A DNA stretch of 64,000 nucleotides from Acidobacteriota bacterium. Lineage in GTDB: Bacteria; Acidobacteriota; UBA6911; RPQK01; JAJDTT01. Below are positions 1 through 9,974 of the stretch, piece after piece; position 1 is the stretch's first letter; every line of letters begins with the position of its first letter. The translations under genes and the position numbers were made by a program. The stretch is from the NCBI GenBank assembly GCA_965209055.1, contig OZ242374.1:2368001-2432000 (forward strand), read 5' to 3'. The notes beneath the pieces are model-generated. The model had not been told where the DNA came from and made no database searches. It saw only the letters and a list, made by a program, of their open reading frames with translations.

Positions 1-414
1 GGTAGAACAGCCGAAGCTCCCAACTAGAAATCGAACTCGAACGCTTACGTCCGTTAACTTAAGCCTGTATTACGGACTCCACCGCTTGGGACAGTACGAC
101 CACGATGGGCAGTTGCTTCACAAGGAGGTCGCATGAGAGCGACGGGAATGAGGTTCGCATATGTCCTGGGAAGCGTGGGGTCACGCCAACGGCTCCTCTG
201 CTTCGCTGCGGCACTCCGCGTGACCCGACGAGGCCTTCAAATCTTCACCTGACCGACAGATCACATGTCAGTCAGATTGGTCAACTACATGTGCAAATGA
301 CACAGGAAGCACCTACTGATACGTTGAACACTTCTGCGCCGAATCGACGCCACTTCCGCATGCAAATCGACCGCTGTGCTCGACCCAAGAGGGAAAGAAG
401 CCGGGAACTTCGGA

Positions 415-1725
415 TTAGATTTTCTCCGGCAGCGTCCAAGGCTCCCGGTACGGTTTGGTGAGCATGGCATTCGCTTCCGAGTCGTGCGGGAAGGTCTCGG
501 TCTCGGGGTCGAACTCCAGGACCCGACCGACCCGGTACGCGATCTCGGCCAGGTGAATGACGCCGCAACTGAGATGGGCGACGTCGGCCGGAGCATTGGG
601 CGGCTTCCGGGTCTTGACGGATTCCAGGAAGTTGGCCAAGTGGGCCTTCGAATTCTGGGCGTACTCCCGTCCCGTGATGCCTGGTCCCTTCTCCTCCTTG
701 CGGCCCATGTAGACCTGGAAGTGGCCGCGGCGGGAGAAGATCATGTATCCCTCCGTCCCGTAAAAGGCGTTGCCGTTGTCGTATCCATGGAGCCCATAGG
801 GGGTCCACAACCGATCCTCGTAGAGCAGCACCTTCCCTTCCGCGTACTGGAGGGCCACTGTCATGTTGTCCGGGTACTCCCGTTCCCCTTCCAGATCGAT
901 GGTGCTGCCGTGGGCCGTGATCCGCACCGGATGGGTCGTCACCCCCAGGGCCCAGCGCGCCATGTCGATGTCGTGGGCGCCGTCGTCCCCCATGTCTCCG
1001 TTCCCATAGTCCCGGTAGACGCGCCAACTCCGGTGGAAGCGATTGGGGTTGAAGGGACGCTTGGGCGCCGGTCCCAACCACCGGTCGTAGTCCACCCCGT
1101 CGGGGACGGGACCGTCGGGCTTGGGCTCCAGGGCGTTGCCGCGCTGAACGTTCCAGGCCTTGGTCATCTTGATCTCCCCCAGCAGTCCCGACTTCAGGAC
1201 CTCCGCGGCCCGCAGCGTCACGCTGGTGGAGCGCATCTGGGTCCCATGCTGGACGATCCGGTCGTACTTCCGGGCGGCCTCGACCAGAAGCCGGCCTTCC
1301 CGGAAGACGTGAGATGCGGGTTTCTCCACGTAGAGGTCCTTGCCCGATTGCAGGACCGGGATGGCGATGGGTATGTGCCAATGATGGGGCGTGGCCACCA
1401 CCACGGCGTGGATGGAGGTGTCGTCCAGGAGCCGCCGGTAGTCCTTCACCAGCCGCGGTTTCTTGCGATTTGTCTCCTGGACCCTTCCGGACACCTGTTC
1501 CAGAACCGCGTCGTCCACGTCGCAGACAGCGGCGATATGGACGTCATCCCTGAGGAGAAGGTTTCTCAGGTGGCCGCGTCCCATGCCGCCGGTCCCGATG
1601 AGGCCCACGGATATCTGATCGTTCAACGATGCCCGGGAGGCCTTCAGGGCCGGCGCCGCAAACGCGCCGGCAGCCGTGGTTCCGGCCAAGGCGGTGAGGA
1701 ATTCTCTTCGAGCTACGGATTTCAT
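415..1725 (-). CDS. Gfo/Idh/MocA family oxidoreductase with twin-arginine (Tat) signal
   Basis: Start taken at ATG 1725 (MKSVARREFLTALAG). Rossmann motif VGLIGTGGMG, ATPHHWH, DLYVEKP and DDGAHDID are typical of the family. Confidence 0.88.
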   Translation of the reverse strand: MKSVARREFLTALAGTTAAGAFAAPALKASRASLNDQISVGLIGTGGMGRGHLRNLLLRDDVHIAAVCDVDDAVLEQVSGRVQETNRKKPRLVKDYRRLLDDTSIHAVVVATPHHWHIPIAIPVLQSGKDLYVEKPASHVFREGRLLVEAARKYDRIVQHGTQMRSTSVTLRAAEVLKSGLLGEIKMTKAWNVQRGNALEPKPDGPVPDGVDYDRWLGPAPKRPFNPNRFHRSWRVYRDYGNGDMGDDGAHDIDMARWALGVTTHPVRITAHGSTIDLEGEREYPDNMTVALQYAEGKVLLYEDRLWTPYGLHGYDNGNAFYGTEGYMIFSRRGHFQVYMGRKEEKGPGITGREYAQNSKAHLANFLESVKTRKPPNAPADVAHLSCGVIHLAEIAYRVGRVLEFDPETETFPHDSEANAMLTKPYREPWTLPEKI

Positions 1726-1828
1726 GCCGAGTTCCTTTCCGATTGCGAAATTCAACGGACCACAGGGACGAACGGACGAAAGCATCCACGCCGGGATGCC
1801 ACACCGGCTCCTGCCTATGCGGCCGAGA

Positions 1829-2893
1829 TCAGACGTCGACGCCGGACGCCTGCAGCAGGGCCCGTTGCACCGCAAGATCGTGCTCCGGCGTGAAGAATTC
1901 GACCCCTCTGCCTTCGCGGATGGCGCCGGCCAGATCGTCCACGTCGGGCAGATAACGCGCCGAAGGCCCCACCGGTATGTCGTGGACCCCGACGCCGAAC
2001 TCGCCGTGGGGACGGCTCAGGGCCAGTTTCACCCTGGGCCGGTCGGGAGAGTCGATCTGGATGGAGCCTTCCTCTCCGAAGACGTAGAAATAACGGTTCC
2101 CGTTGAGGCTGTGGCTCTTGACCACGGCCACAGCGAGGTCGAACTCAAAGGTGGCCAGCACGTCGTCCTCCAACTGGTCCGGGACCGGGTCGCTGTGGCG
2201 CAGCACCGGACTCACGCGGTTGGGGGCGCCGAGGAGCCAGATCAGGGCGTCGATCATGTGTCCGCAGATCTCGAACATCTGGCCGCCGGGGTAGGTGTCC
2301 AGGCGCCGCCGGCCGGCCGGGCTCAGGGTGTCGTTCATCTGACAGACCGCGGATCGAATCCGGCCCAGCCACCCCTCCCGGATGGCCCGATGAGCCAGGC
2401 GGAAAGCAGGATTGTAGCGATACACGTACCCCATCTGAATCAGCAGGTTCCGGCGTCCGGCTTCCTGGAAGAGGCGCTCCAGGGCCGTCAGGTCGGCCCC
2501 CGGCGGCTTGTCGATCTTCAGGTGCTTGTTGGCCACGATCACCCGGTGGGAGTAGCGCAAGGCCTCCAACGGATCGGTTTCGATGCAGACCATCCGAACC
2601 CGGTCGTCTCTCAGGATCTGCTCGACGTTGGTCCAGGGAACGCCTTCCCATCGGGGACTCTTCCCGGCCCGGGCGCGGAGCTCCGGATCGGGCTCCGCCA
2701 CGCCCAGAACTTCGTAGTTGGAGGACTGGCGAAGCGTCCGCAGGTGGCCCACGGCGTGGGGATGGCTGGTTCCGATAATGGCGGCGCCGATGGGGTGGGA
2801 CGCCGCCGGCGCCGCGGCCCGCGCCTCCATGGCCGCTACACCGGCCACCGCGGCCGTGTGAGAGAGGAACTGACGTCTTGCGATCGTGGCCAT
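1829..2893 (-). CDS. Gfo/Idh/MocA family oxidoreductase with Tat signal
   Basis: Start at ATG 2893 (MATIARRQFLS). Motifs AAIIGTSHPHA, HLKIDKP, QMGYVYRY, FEICGHMID. Confidence 0.85.
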   Translation of the reverse strand: MATIARRQFLSHTAAVAGVAAMEARAAAPAASHPIGAAIIGTSHPHAVGHLRTLRQSSNYEVLGVAEPDPELRARAGKSPRWEGVPWTNVEQILRDDRVRMVCIETDPLEALRYSHRVIVANKHLKIDKPPGADLTALERLFQEAGRRNLLIQMGYVYRYNPAFRLAHRAIREGWLGRIRSAVCQMNDTLSPAGRRRLDTYPGGQMFEICGHMIDALIWLLGAPNRVSPVLRHSDPVPDQLEDDVLATFEFDLAVAVVKSHSLNGNRYFYVFGEEGSIQIDSPDRPRVKLALSRPHGEFGVGVHDIPVGPSARYLPDVDDLAGAIREGRGVEFFTPEHDLAVQRALLQASGVDV

Positions 2894-3006
2894 TCGATTG
2901 TCTCCCGGAACCAGTATCCACAAGCATAGTCCAGCGCCAATCCCGCATCAATCCCGCCTTTCCCTGCTGTTGCGTCACCTCTACCAGTGTGGTTCTATTT
3001 GGGCCG

Positions 3007-4416
3007 ATGACTGACTCTCCAGAACGGCCAAACCGCCGACGCTTCCTCTCCAGAACTGCCCTGACGGCGGGTTCGGCAGCCGCCGTTTCGCTGCCCGCCT
3101 CCCTGGCCTGCAATCCGGCTTCCGGCCCGGCCGTCGCCGCCCCCTTGGACCTGACCGTGGCGCGGACCGAGACGACGACGGTCGACGTTCCGTTCCGGCC
3201 GGTTCCGGCCCGGAACATGATCCGGGAAATCCCCCACTGGACCGTGTTCGAAATCTGCAAGGTGGAGCTCAAGTGCGGGGTGACCGGATTCGGCGAGACC
3301 ATGGAGTACTACACCTGGGGCCGGGTCTCGGACGAGAGCCTCCAGCGGGTGCAGGGAAAAAACGCCGCCGAGCTCATGTGGGACGATTCTCTCGGCGCCG
3401 GCCTTCAGATGGCACTCTTCGACGCCGTGGGCAAGGCCTGGGACGTCCCCTACCACCGTCTGCTGGGACATCAGGTTCGGGAGCGGGCGCCGGTCAGTTG
3501 GTGGGACATCGACATGCCGGGTTCCGACTGGGTCCTGGAGTGCGCCGAGGCGATGCGGCAGGGATACAAGGCCTTCAAGACCAAGGGGCGCCCGTGGTTC
3601 GACCTGGACCAGCAGTTGGCGACCCTGATACCTACCTTGCCGGACGATTTCGAAGTGGACATGGACTTCAACGGATTTCTCCTGGATGCCGATCGGGGCG
3701 TCGAGCGGCTCAAGCGTTGGGAGGCGTATCCGCAGATCGCCATCTACGAGACCCCCATCCCCCAGGGCGACATCCCGGGGAACCAGCGGCTCAAGGCGGC
3801 CACCCGGGTCCCCATCGCCATGCACTACGGGAATCCGGATCCGGCGGTGGCGGTCCGGGAAGAGGTCTGCGACGGATTCGTCGTGGGGGGCGGGGCCTCC
3901 CGGGTGTTGAGAGCCGGCCACTTCTCCGCCGAGGTGGAGCTGCCGTTCTGGCTCCAGTTGGTGGGGACCACCATCACGGCCACCTTCTCCCTCCACCTGG
4001 GAGCCGTCCTCAAGCAGGCGGTCTGGCCGGCGGTGAACTGTCACCAGCTCTACACTCACGCCATGCTGAGCCAGCCCATGAAGGTGGCCGAAGGGACGGC
4101 CTCGATCCCGGAAGGTCCCGGCCTGGGCGTGGAATTGGATGAGGACGCCGTGGAACGGTTTCGCATCGAGCCCCTCAAGGAAAGGCCGTACCCGTATCCC
4201 GGGCTCCTGATCGGTATCCGGTGGCCTTCCGGCCGCACCAGCTACTACGCCCACGCGCGCCAATACTGGGAAGACTTCAGCGCCGACAAGCTGCCCGTCT
4301 TCGCGTCCGGCGTGGACCTCAAGCACATCCCCGACGACGGATCGCAGGCGTGGAGCAACCTGCAGGCTCAGGCGCAAAAGGGGGGAGTGCACCTGGAGGA
4401 GCCCCGGTTGTGGTAG
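3007..4416 (+). CDS. Enolase-superfamily (mandelate racemase/muconate lactonizing enzyme-like) protein with Tat signal
   Basis: ATG 3007 gives MTDSPERPNRRRFLS. Motifs GFGE, ALFDAVGK, FKTK, MDFN, YETP and PEGPGLGVELD, plus a C-terminal extension. Confidence 0.82.
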   Translation: MTDSPERPNRRRFLSRTALTAGSAAAVSLPASLACNPASGPAVAAPLDLTVARTETTTVDVPFRPVPARNMIREIPHWTVFEICKVELKCGVTGFGETMEYYTWGRVSDESLQRVQGKNAAELMWDDSLGAGLQMALFDAVGKAWDVPYHRLLGHQVRERAPVSWWDIDMPGSDWVLECAEAMRQGYKAFKTKGRPWFDLDQQLATLIPTLPDDFEVDMDFNGFLLDADRGVERLKRWEAYPQIAIYETPIPQGDIPGNQRLKAATRVPIAMHYGNPDPAVAVREEVCDGFVVGGGASRVLRAGHFSAEVELPFWLQLVGTTITATFSLHLGAVLKQAVWPAVNCHQLYTHAMLSQPMKVAEGTASIPEGPGLGVELDEDAVERFRIEPLKERPYPYPGLLIGIRWPSGRTSYYAHARQYWEDFSADKLPVFASGVDLKHIPDDGSQAWSNLQAQAQKGGVHLEEPRLW

Positions 4417-4444
4417 TGACGACGGACTGCAAGGAGGAGACCTC

Positions 4445-5920
4445 GTGTTGTTGCTGAGACTGGCCGCCGGCCTGTTGCTTTTGCTTTCGACGAACCTGCC
4501 GGCCAAGGACAAGGAGCCAACGGCGCCGCTGGACCTGGGCTCCCGGCTCGAACTCTTCGTGGACGGCTACCTGATCGAGTCCATGACGGGGTTGGAGCAG
4601 AGATTGCACCACCCCGTGTCCGCGGGGAAAGTCCTCACCCTGGACAAACCCTGGGAAGGGGTGACCTGCGACTACCAGGTCGTCTTCAAGGATGGGGAAC
4701 TCTACCGCATGTACTACCGCGGGAGCAGCCACCAGGGCTATACCATCCCTTCGTTTCTGGAGCCGGGGGAGGGGGTGGTTCCCGAGCATCCCCAATTCGC
4801 ACTCTACGCCGAGAGTCCCGACGGTCTGACCTGGACACGGCCGGAACTGGGGTTGTTCGAGTTCAATGGTTCCAAGCGGAACAACATCGTCCTGGTGGGA
4901 GGGGACAACGGAGCCCACAACCTGGCTCCTTTCCGGGATCAGAACCCGGCTGCTACCGAGGCTCAACGTTACAAGGCGGTGGCGTCCGGCATTCGCAACA
5001 GGAAGGCGTTCCTTTTGGGTTACGTTTCTCCCGACGGTCTGAGATGGACCAAGATCCGGGAGGAGCCCATCATCACCGACGGCAAGTTCGATTCCCTGAA
5101 CGTGGCCTTCTGGGACACGATCCGCAAAGAGTACGTGGCCATCTACCGCGATTTCCAGCACGGGGTCCGAACCATCAAGGCGGCCACATCTCCGGACTTC
5201 GTGAATTGGTCTCCGGGTGAATGGGGCCAGTTCGGAGACGTGGAGCGGGACCATCTCTACACCAACGGCACCACGCCCTATTTCCGCGCTCCCCAGATCT
5301 ACCTGGCTTTCCCGCGGAGGTACATTCCGTGGAAGACCCGTCTCAGCGAGTCCCCTTGGCCGGGGGCCTCGGACACGGTCTTCATGACCAGCCGCGACGG
5401 CGTCCACTGGGACCGGCGTTTCATGGAGTCGTTCATCCGACCCGGACGGCAGCGCCGGGCCTGGATGCATCGGACCAACCTGGCGTCATGGGGCGTCGTT
5501 CCCACGGCTTCCGATGAGATCTCCCTCTACGTGCTCCGGGAGCGGGATTTCCCCTCGGTTCATTTCGAGCGCATGGTCCTGCGGACCGACGGATTCGTCT
5601 CCATTCGGGCCGGGTACCCGGGAGGCGAGCTGGTGACCCGTCTGTTCACCTTCGACGGCGGCGCGCTGGTGCTGAATTTCTCCACCTCCGCCGCCGGAAG
5701 CATCCGGCTGGAGCTTCAGGACATCAACGGACATCCCGTCCCCGGCTTCTCTCTGGCGGACTCCCCACTCATCTTCGGAGACGAGATCGAACACCGTGTC
5801 GAATGGAAGCGCCCCACGGGCCAGACCGACCGGGAACCCTTGAAACACCTGGCGGGCAAGCCCCTGCGGTTGCGGTTCGTGATGAAGGACGCGGATCTCT
5901 ACTCCATCCGTTTCCAATGA
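4445..5920 (+). CDS. Secreted glycoside-hydrolase-like (five-bladed beta-propeller type) protein, paralog 1
   Basis: AAGGAGGA RBS before GTG 4445 and a Sec signal peptide. Asp-box-like repeats (ESPDGLTW, SPDGLRW, SPDFVNW, SRDGVHW). Close similarity to 33017..34471. Confidence 0.72.
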   Translation: MLLLRLAAGLLLLLSTNLPAKDKEPTAPLDLGSRLELFVDGYLIESMTGLEQRLHHPVSAGKVLTLDKPWEGVTCDYQVVFKDGELYRMYYRGSSHQGYTIPSFLEPGEGVVPEHPQFALYAESPDGLTWTRPELGLFEFNGSKRNNIVLVGGDNGAHNLAPFRDQNPAATEAQRYKAVASGIRNRKAFLLGYVSPDGLRWTKIREEPIITDGKFDSLNVAFWDTIRKEYVAIYRDFQHGVRTIKAATSPDFVNWSPGEWGQFGDVERDHLYTNGTTPYFRAPQIYLAFPRRYIPWKTRLSESPWPGASDTVFMTSRDGVHWDRRFMESFIRPGRQRRAWMHRTNLASWGVVPTASDEISLYVLRERDFPSVHFERMVLRTDGFVSIRAGYPGGELVTRLFTFDGGALVLNFSTSAAGSIRLELQDINGHPVPGFSLADSPLIFGDEIEHRVEWKRPTGQTDREPLKHLAGKPLRLRFVMKDADLYSIRFQ

Positions 5921-5936
5921 GGTTTCCTGGCATTTT

Positions 5937-6767
5937 ATGGAGAGGACGGACGGCAGCGCAGCCGAAAAAGCCGGGCGCGGATCCGGATTGAATTCGAATC
6001 GGAGAACTCCGGCGTTCATTGCAAGACGCGAGTTTCTCGGACGGAGTCTGATGGCGGGCGGGGCTGCCGCCGCCGGAGTTCGGGCGCGCCGGATGGTGGC
6101 CGCACCGGCTCCGGTCAGGGTCCTTTGCTGGTCGGAGCGGACGGAGCCCCAGGACGTCTACCCGGAGGGAATCAGCGGGGCCATCGCCCGGCACCTCCAT
6201 ACCCTTCCTGATGTGAAGGTCCGAACCGCCTCCATTCAAGATCCGGACCAGGGGCTCGCCTCGCCGGATCTGGACGGGACGGACGTTCTGATCTGGTGGG
6301 GACACAAGAAGCACAAGGAGGTCCTCTTCGACCGCGTCGCCGACGTGGTGGCCCGGGTGCGCGCCGGCCGGCTGGGGTTCATCGGGCTGCACTCGGCCCA
6401 CTGGTCCAAGATGTTCAAGAGCATCCTGGAATGCACCGGGAACCTCGGGGGCTGGAGGCACGAAGCCGGCCCCGAACGCCTGAAGGTGGTGGCTCCGTCG
6501 CATCCCGTCGCCAGGGGCATTTCGGACTTCACCATCCCCGAAACCGAGATGTACGACGAGCCCTTCGACGTGCCGCCGCCGGAGAAAACGGTTTTCTTCA
6601 GCTATTGGAGGACCGGGGAGCAATTTCGCAGCGGATGCGTCTGGACGGTGGGCAAGGGGAGGGTCTTCTATTTTCGTCCCGGGCATGAGACCGACCCGGT
6701 CTATTTCCATAAGGAGCCGCTTCAGGTGGTGGCCAACGCCGTCGGGTGGTGCGCCCGCCGGACCTGA
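5937..6767 (+). CDS. ThuA (trehalose utilization) domain protein with Tat signal
   Basis: ARREFL Tat motif. Motifs DVLIWWGH, GFIGLHSAHWS, EMYDEPF and FYFRPGHE are characteristic of ThuA. Confidence 0.85.
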   Translation: MERTDGSAAEKAGRGSGLNSNRRTPAFIARREFLGRSLMAGGAAAAGVRARRMVAAPAPVRVLCWSERTEPQDVYPEGISGAIARHLHTLPDVKVRTASIQDPDQGLASPDLDGTDVLIWWGHKKHKEVLFDRVADVVARVRAGRLGFIGLHSAHWSKMFKSILECTGNLGGWRHEAGPERLKVVAPSHPVARGISDFTIPETEMYDEPFDVPPPEKTVFFSYWRTGEQFRSGCVWTVGKGRVFYFRPGHETDPVYFHKEPLQVVANAVGWCARRT

Positions 6768-6847
6768 GGACAGGCTTTCGGTCCGGGCTTCGAAGCGTCG
6801 CTTGAGGCAAATGCCCGATTGAATTCGGCGGGCATTGGAGGAAGAAC

Positions 6848-8017
6848 ATGGAATCGTGGAAACGGAAGCTGAGGATGGGGATGGTCGGAGGGGGCCAAGG
6901 CGCCTTCATCGGGGGTGTTCACCGCATGGCCGCCGTTCTGGACCAGCAGGTGGAGCTGGTGGCGGGCTGCTTTTCTCGAGATCCCGAGAATACCCGGATC
7001 ACGGGAGAGCAGTTGTACGCGGACCCCGCCCGCTGCTACGGCACCTACCAGGAGATGGCGGCCCGGGAGTCGGAGTTGCCGGCGGACGAGCGGATCGACT
7101 TCGTCAGCATCGTGACCCCCAACGCCTCCCATTTCCACATCTCCAGGACCTTTCTGGAGGCGGGCATCCACGTCGTGTGCGACAAACCCATGACCTACTC
7201 GCTGGCGGAGGCGGAAGATCTGTGCCGGCTGGTGGAGCGGACGGGCCTGGTCTTCGCCCTGACCCACAACTACACGGGACACCCGCTGATCCGGCACGCC
7301 CGGCAACTGTTCCGGTCCGGCCGGATGGGCACGGTCCGCAAGGTCATCGTCGAGTACCTGCAGGATTTCCTCTCGGTCCCCCACGAGAAGCTGGGGCAAA
7401 AGCAGGCCTCGTGGCGGGTGGACCCGGCCCAGGCCGGCGCGGGCGGCACTCTGGGCGATTTGGGAGTCCACTGTCTGAACCTGCTGGAATACGTGACCGG
7501 GGATCCGGTGACCTCGATCTGCGCCGACACGAGCCATTTTCTTCCGGACCGGACTCTGGACGAGGACGCCAATATCCTTTTGAGGCTCAGGGGAGGCGGC
7601 AAGGGCGTCTTGACCATCAGTCAGATCGCCACCGGCGAGGAGAATGGGTTGCGTCTCAGAGTGTACGCGTCGGAGGGGGCCGTCCTCTGGGCCCAGGAGG
7701 ACCCGAACCAGATGCAGTTCTATCGATATGGCGAGCCCCGGCAGACTCTGACCCGCGGGCGCGGCGAGTACCTGGACGATGCGGCCGGAGCCGTGACCCG
7801 AATCCCGCCGGGCCATCCCGAGGGGTATCTGGAGGCCTTCGCCACCATCTACTGCGGCGCCGTCGATGCCATCCGGCGGCACCTGGACGGCGCGCCGCTG
7901 ACGCCTCGGGAGTACGGCTTTCCCAACGTCTATGACGGCCGCCGGGGGCTGGAGTTCATCGAGAAGGCGGTGGAGTCCAGCGGCCGCGGCGCGGTCTGGG
8001 TGGAGATGTCCTGGTGA
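6848..8017 (+). CDS. Cytoplasmic Gfo/Idh/MocA family oxidoreductase
   Basis: GGAGGA RBS. Motifs GMVGGGQGAFIGGVH, VTPNASH, VVCDKP, GDLGVH and PGHPEGY. No signal peptide. Confidence 0.9.
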   Translation: MESWKRKLRMGMVGGGQGAFIGGVHRMAAVLDQQVELVAGCFSRDPENTRITGEQLYADPARCYGTYQEMAARESELPADERIDFVSIVTPNASHFHISRTFLEAGIHVVCDKPMTYSLAEAEDLCRLVERTGLVFALTHNYTGHPLIRHARQLFRSGRMGTVRKVIVEYLQDFLSVPHEKLGQKQASWRVDPAQAGAGGTLGDLGVHCLNLLEYVTGDPVTSICADTSHFLPDRTLDEDANILLRLRGGGKGVLTISQIATGEENGLRLRVYASEGAVLWAQEDPNQMQFYRYGEPRQTLTRGRGEYLDDAAGAVTRIPPGHPEGYLEAFATIYCGAVDAIRRHLDGAPLTPREYGFPNVYDGRRGLEFIEKAVESSGRGAVWVEMSW

Positions 8018-9279
8018 GGAATACTCTGGTTTCCGGATTGCTGGGCCTGTTGCTTGGCCTTCCGTCCTCTCCGGCCTTGCGCGCCGGAGACCCCGAACCG
8101 GGCTTCGTCTCCCTTTTCAACGGCCGGGACCTGACCGGTTGGAGGACGATCAGGCAGCGGAATCAGGGCTGGCTGGTCCGGGACGGCCTCTTGATCTGCC
8201 CCGAGGGCGAGGGGGCCAAGCTCCTCACGGAGAAGGAATACTCCGACTTCATCCTCCGTTTCGAGTTCAAGCTGACGCCGGGAGGCAACAACGGAGTGGG
8301 TGTCCGGACTCCCCTGGACGGACACGCTTCCATCGACGGGATGGAAATCCAGATTCTGGACAACACGGCGCCGAAATACGCCGGGATCCAGCCCTATCAG
8401 GCGCATGGATCGGTCTATGGCCTGATACCGGCTCGCCGCGGCGCGTTGGCGCCGGTGGGGGAATGGAACCGGCAGGAGATCGCGCTCCTGGGCCGCCGGG
8501 TAAAGGTCACGCTCAATGGAACCGTGATCGTCAGCGCCGACCTGAATGACATCCGGGACGCCGAGGCGCTGCAAAGGCATCCGGGAGTGATGCGCTCCCG
8601 GGGGCACGTGGGTCTGCTGGGCCATTCCACTCACGTGGAGTTTCGCAACGTCCGCATCAAGGACCTGGGGGGAGAACAGCCGGACAATCTGGCTCCCGAA
8701 GGGTTCCAGGCCCTGTTCAACGGCATGGACCTGGAGGGCTGGAAGGGCCTGGTGGGCGATCCCAGGAAACGGGCCGCCATGGACCCGGCGGAGCTGGCGG
8801 CGGCCCAGCGCGAAGCCGATGTCAAAATGCGGAAGCATTGGAGGGTCCAAGACGGTGTCCTGCTCTTCGACGGGAAGGGCGACAGCCTCTGCAGCCGCCA
8901 GGACTTCAGGGACTTCGAGCTGTGGGTCGACTGGAAGATCGAGCCCGAGGGGGACAGCGGCATTTACCTGCGGGGAAGTCCCCAGATTCAGATCTGGGCG
9001 GACCCCGAGGGCTCAGGCGCCATCTGGAACAACAAGACCAACCCGTCCAAGCCCAAGTTGGCGGCCGACAATCCGGTGGGGGATTGGAACCAGTTCCGGA
9101 TCCTCATGACCGGCGAGAAGGTGACCGTCTGGCTCAACCATCGCCTGGTGGTTCACAAGACCGTCATGGAAAACTACTGGGAGCGGGACAAGCCCATCTA
9201 TCCCACGGGCGCCATCGAGCTCCAGGCCCACGGGAACCCCCTCTACTTCAAAAACGTCTACGTCCGCCGAATCGACTGA
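8014..9279 (+). CDS. Secreted tandem DUF1080 (3-keto-disaccharide hydrolase/eliminase-like) protein
   Basis: GTGA overlap with the upstream stop and a signal peptide. Two repeats of LFNGxDLxGW...(N/D)(N/S)G...GxWN...GxxxLxxH...F(R/K)NV. Confidence 0.88.
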   Translation: MRNTLVSGLLGLLLGLPSSPALRAGDPEPGFVSLFNGRDLTGWRTIRQRNQGWLVRDGLLICPEGEGAKLLTEKEYSDFILRFEFKLTPGGNNGVGVRTPLDGHASIDGMEIQILDNTAPKYAGIQPYQAHGSVYGLIPARRGALAPVGEWNRQEIALLGRRVKVTLNGTVIVSADLNDIRDAEALQRHPGVMRSRGHVGLLGHSTHVEFRNVRIKDLGGEQPDNLAPEGFQALFNGMDLEGWKGLVGDPRKRAAMDPAELAAAQREADVKMRKHWRVQDGVLLFDGKGDSLCSRQDFRDFELWVDWKIEPEGDSGIYLRGSPQIQIWADPEGSGAIWNNKTNPSKPKLAADNPVGDWNQFRILMTGEKVTVWLNHRLVVHKTVMENYWERDKPIYPTGAIELQAHGNPLYFKNVYVRRID

Positions 9280-9281
9280 AA

Positions 9282-9887
9282 TCAGGGTTCGGGCGCCACG
9301 GCGTCCCAAACCAGGGCGTGTAGGGATTCCGGCAGCGAACCGGCCACCGCCAGGGCGGCCTCACGCCCCTGCGGGGACATCTTCCGCCAGGTCTTTTGAA
9401 GGATGTCGGCCAGCTTGGCGTCGTCGTGCATCCGGGAGAATGCCTCGAACTCGTTCTCCAGGAAGACCAGGCAGACGGCGTCCTCCAGAAGCTGCGACTC
9501 GGGGTCCAGCTTGAGGCGCAGTTTCCTGAGCAGGGCCTGGACCCGTCCGATGGTGACCTCGTCGTATCCTGCCTCGCCGAGTATGCGTCCCGCCTCCTGG
9601 GCGTGGTACCGGGAGAGAGTCTTCCGCCAACGTTTGTATCCGGCTCGTCCCAGTGGATACCGGTCGCGGGGAATGGTCCAGCGGCGGAGGTGTTGGCAAT
9701 GGGCCGCCAACAACAGAGCTTCCGACGCCTCCGGCTGCAACCGGCGGACCCAAGTCACCAGCCGGCGGTGGTAGTGGACCGACCAGGCGACTTGTTCATC
9801 TTCCGTCTCCACCGTGACCGGATCTTCGCAATGGGCCTCCTGGAATCGGGCGACGGCCAATTGAAATCGGGAGTCCTGGGCAGGCAT
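9282..9887 (-). CDS. DUF4202 family protein
   Basis: Motifs LLLAAHCQHLRRWTIPR, GRAGY, LEDAVCLVFL and KTWRKMS match the family pattern. Convergent with the DUF1080 gene. Confidence 0.82.
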   Translation of the reverse strand: MPAQDSRFQLAVARFQEAHCEDPVTVETEDEQVAWSVHYHRRLVTWVRRLQPEASEALLLAAHCQHLRRWTIPRDRYPLGRAGYKRWRKTLSRYHAQEAGRILGEAGYDEVTIGRVQALLRKLRLKLDPESQLLEDAVCLVFLENEFEAFSRMHDDAKLADILQKTWRKMSPQGREAALAVAGSLPESLHALVWDAVAPEP

Positions 9888-9974
9888 TGCCCGATGACTA
9901 TATCAGGCTCGCCTTTTCCTTCATCGAGGGGTGCAAATCCGCGCCCGGGCAGGCACTTCTGTCCGGATGCCGCC

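Noticed and set aside
376-1893. Long antisense and alternate-frame ORFs throughout (e.g. 376..1893 +, 17399..20146 -, 28762..30276 -, 41675..43840 +)
   Set aside because: They are shadow ORFs opposite well-supported genes, expected at high GC, with no recognisable motifs.
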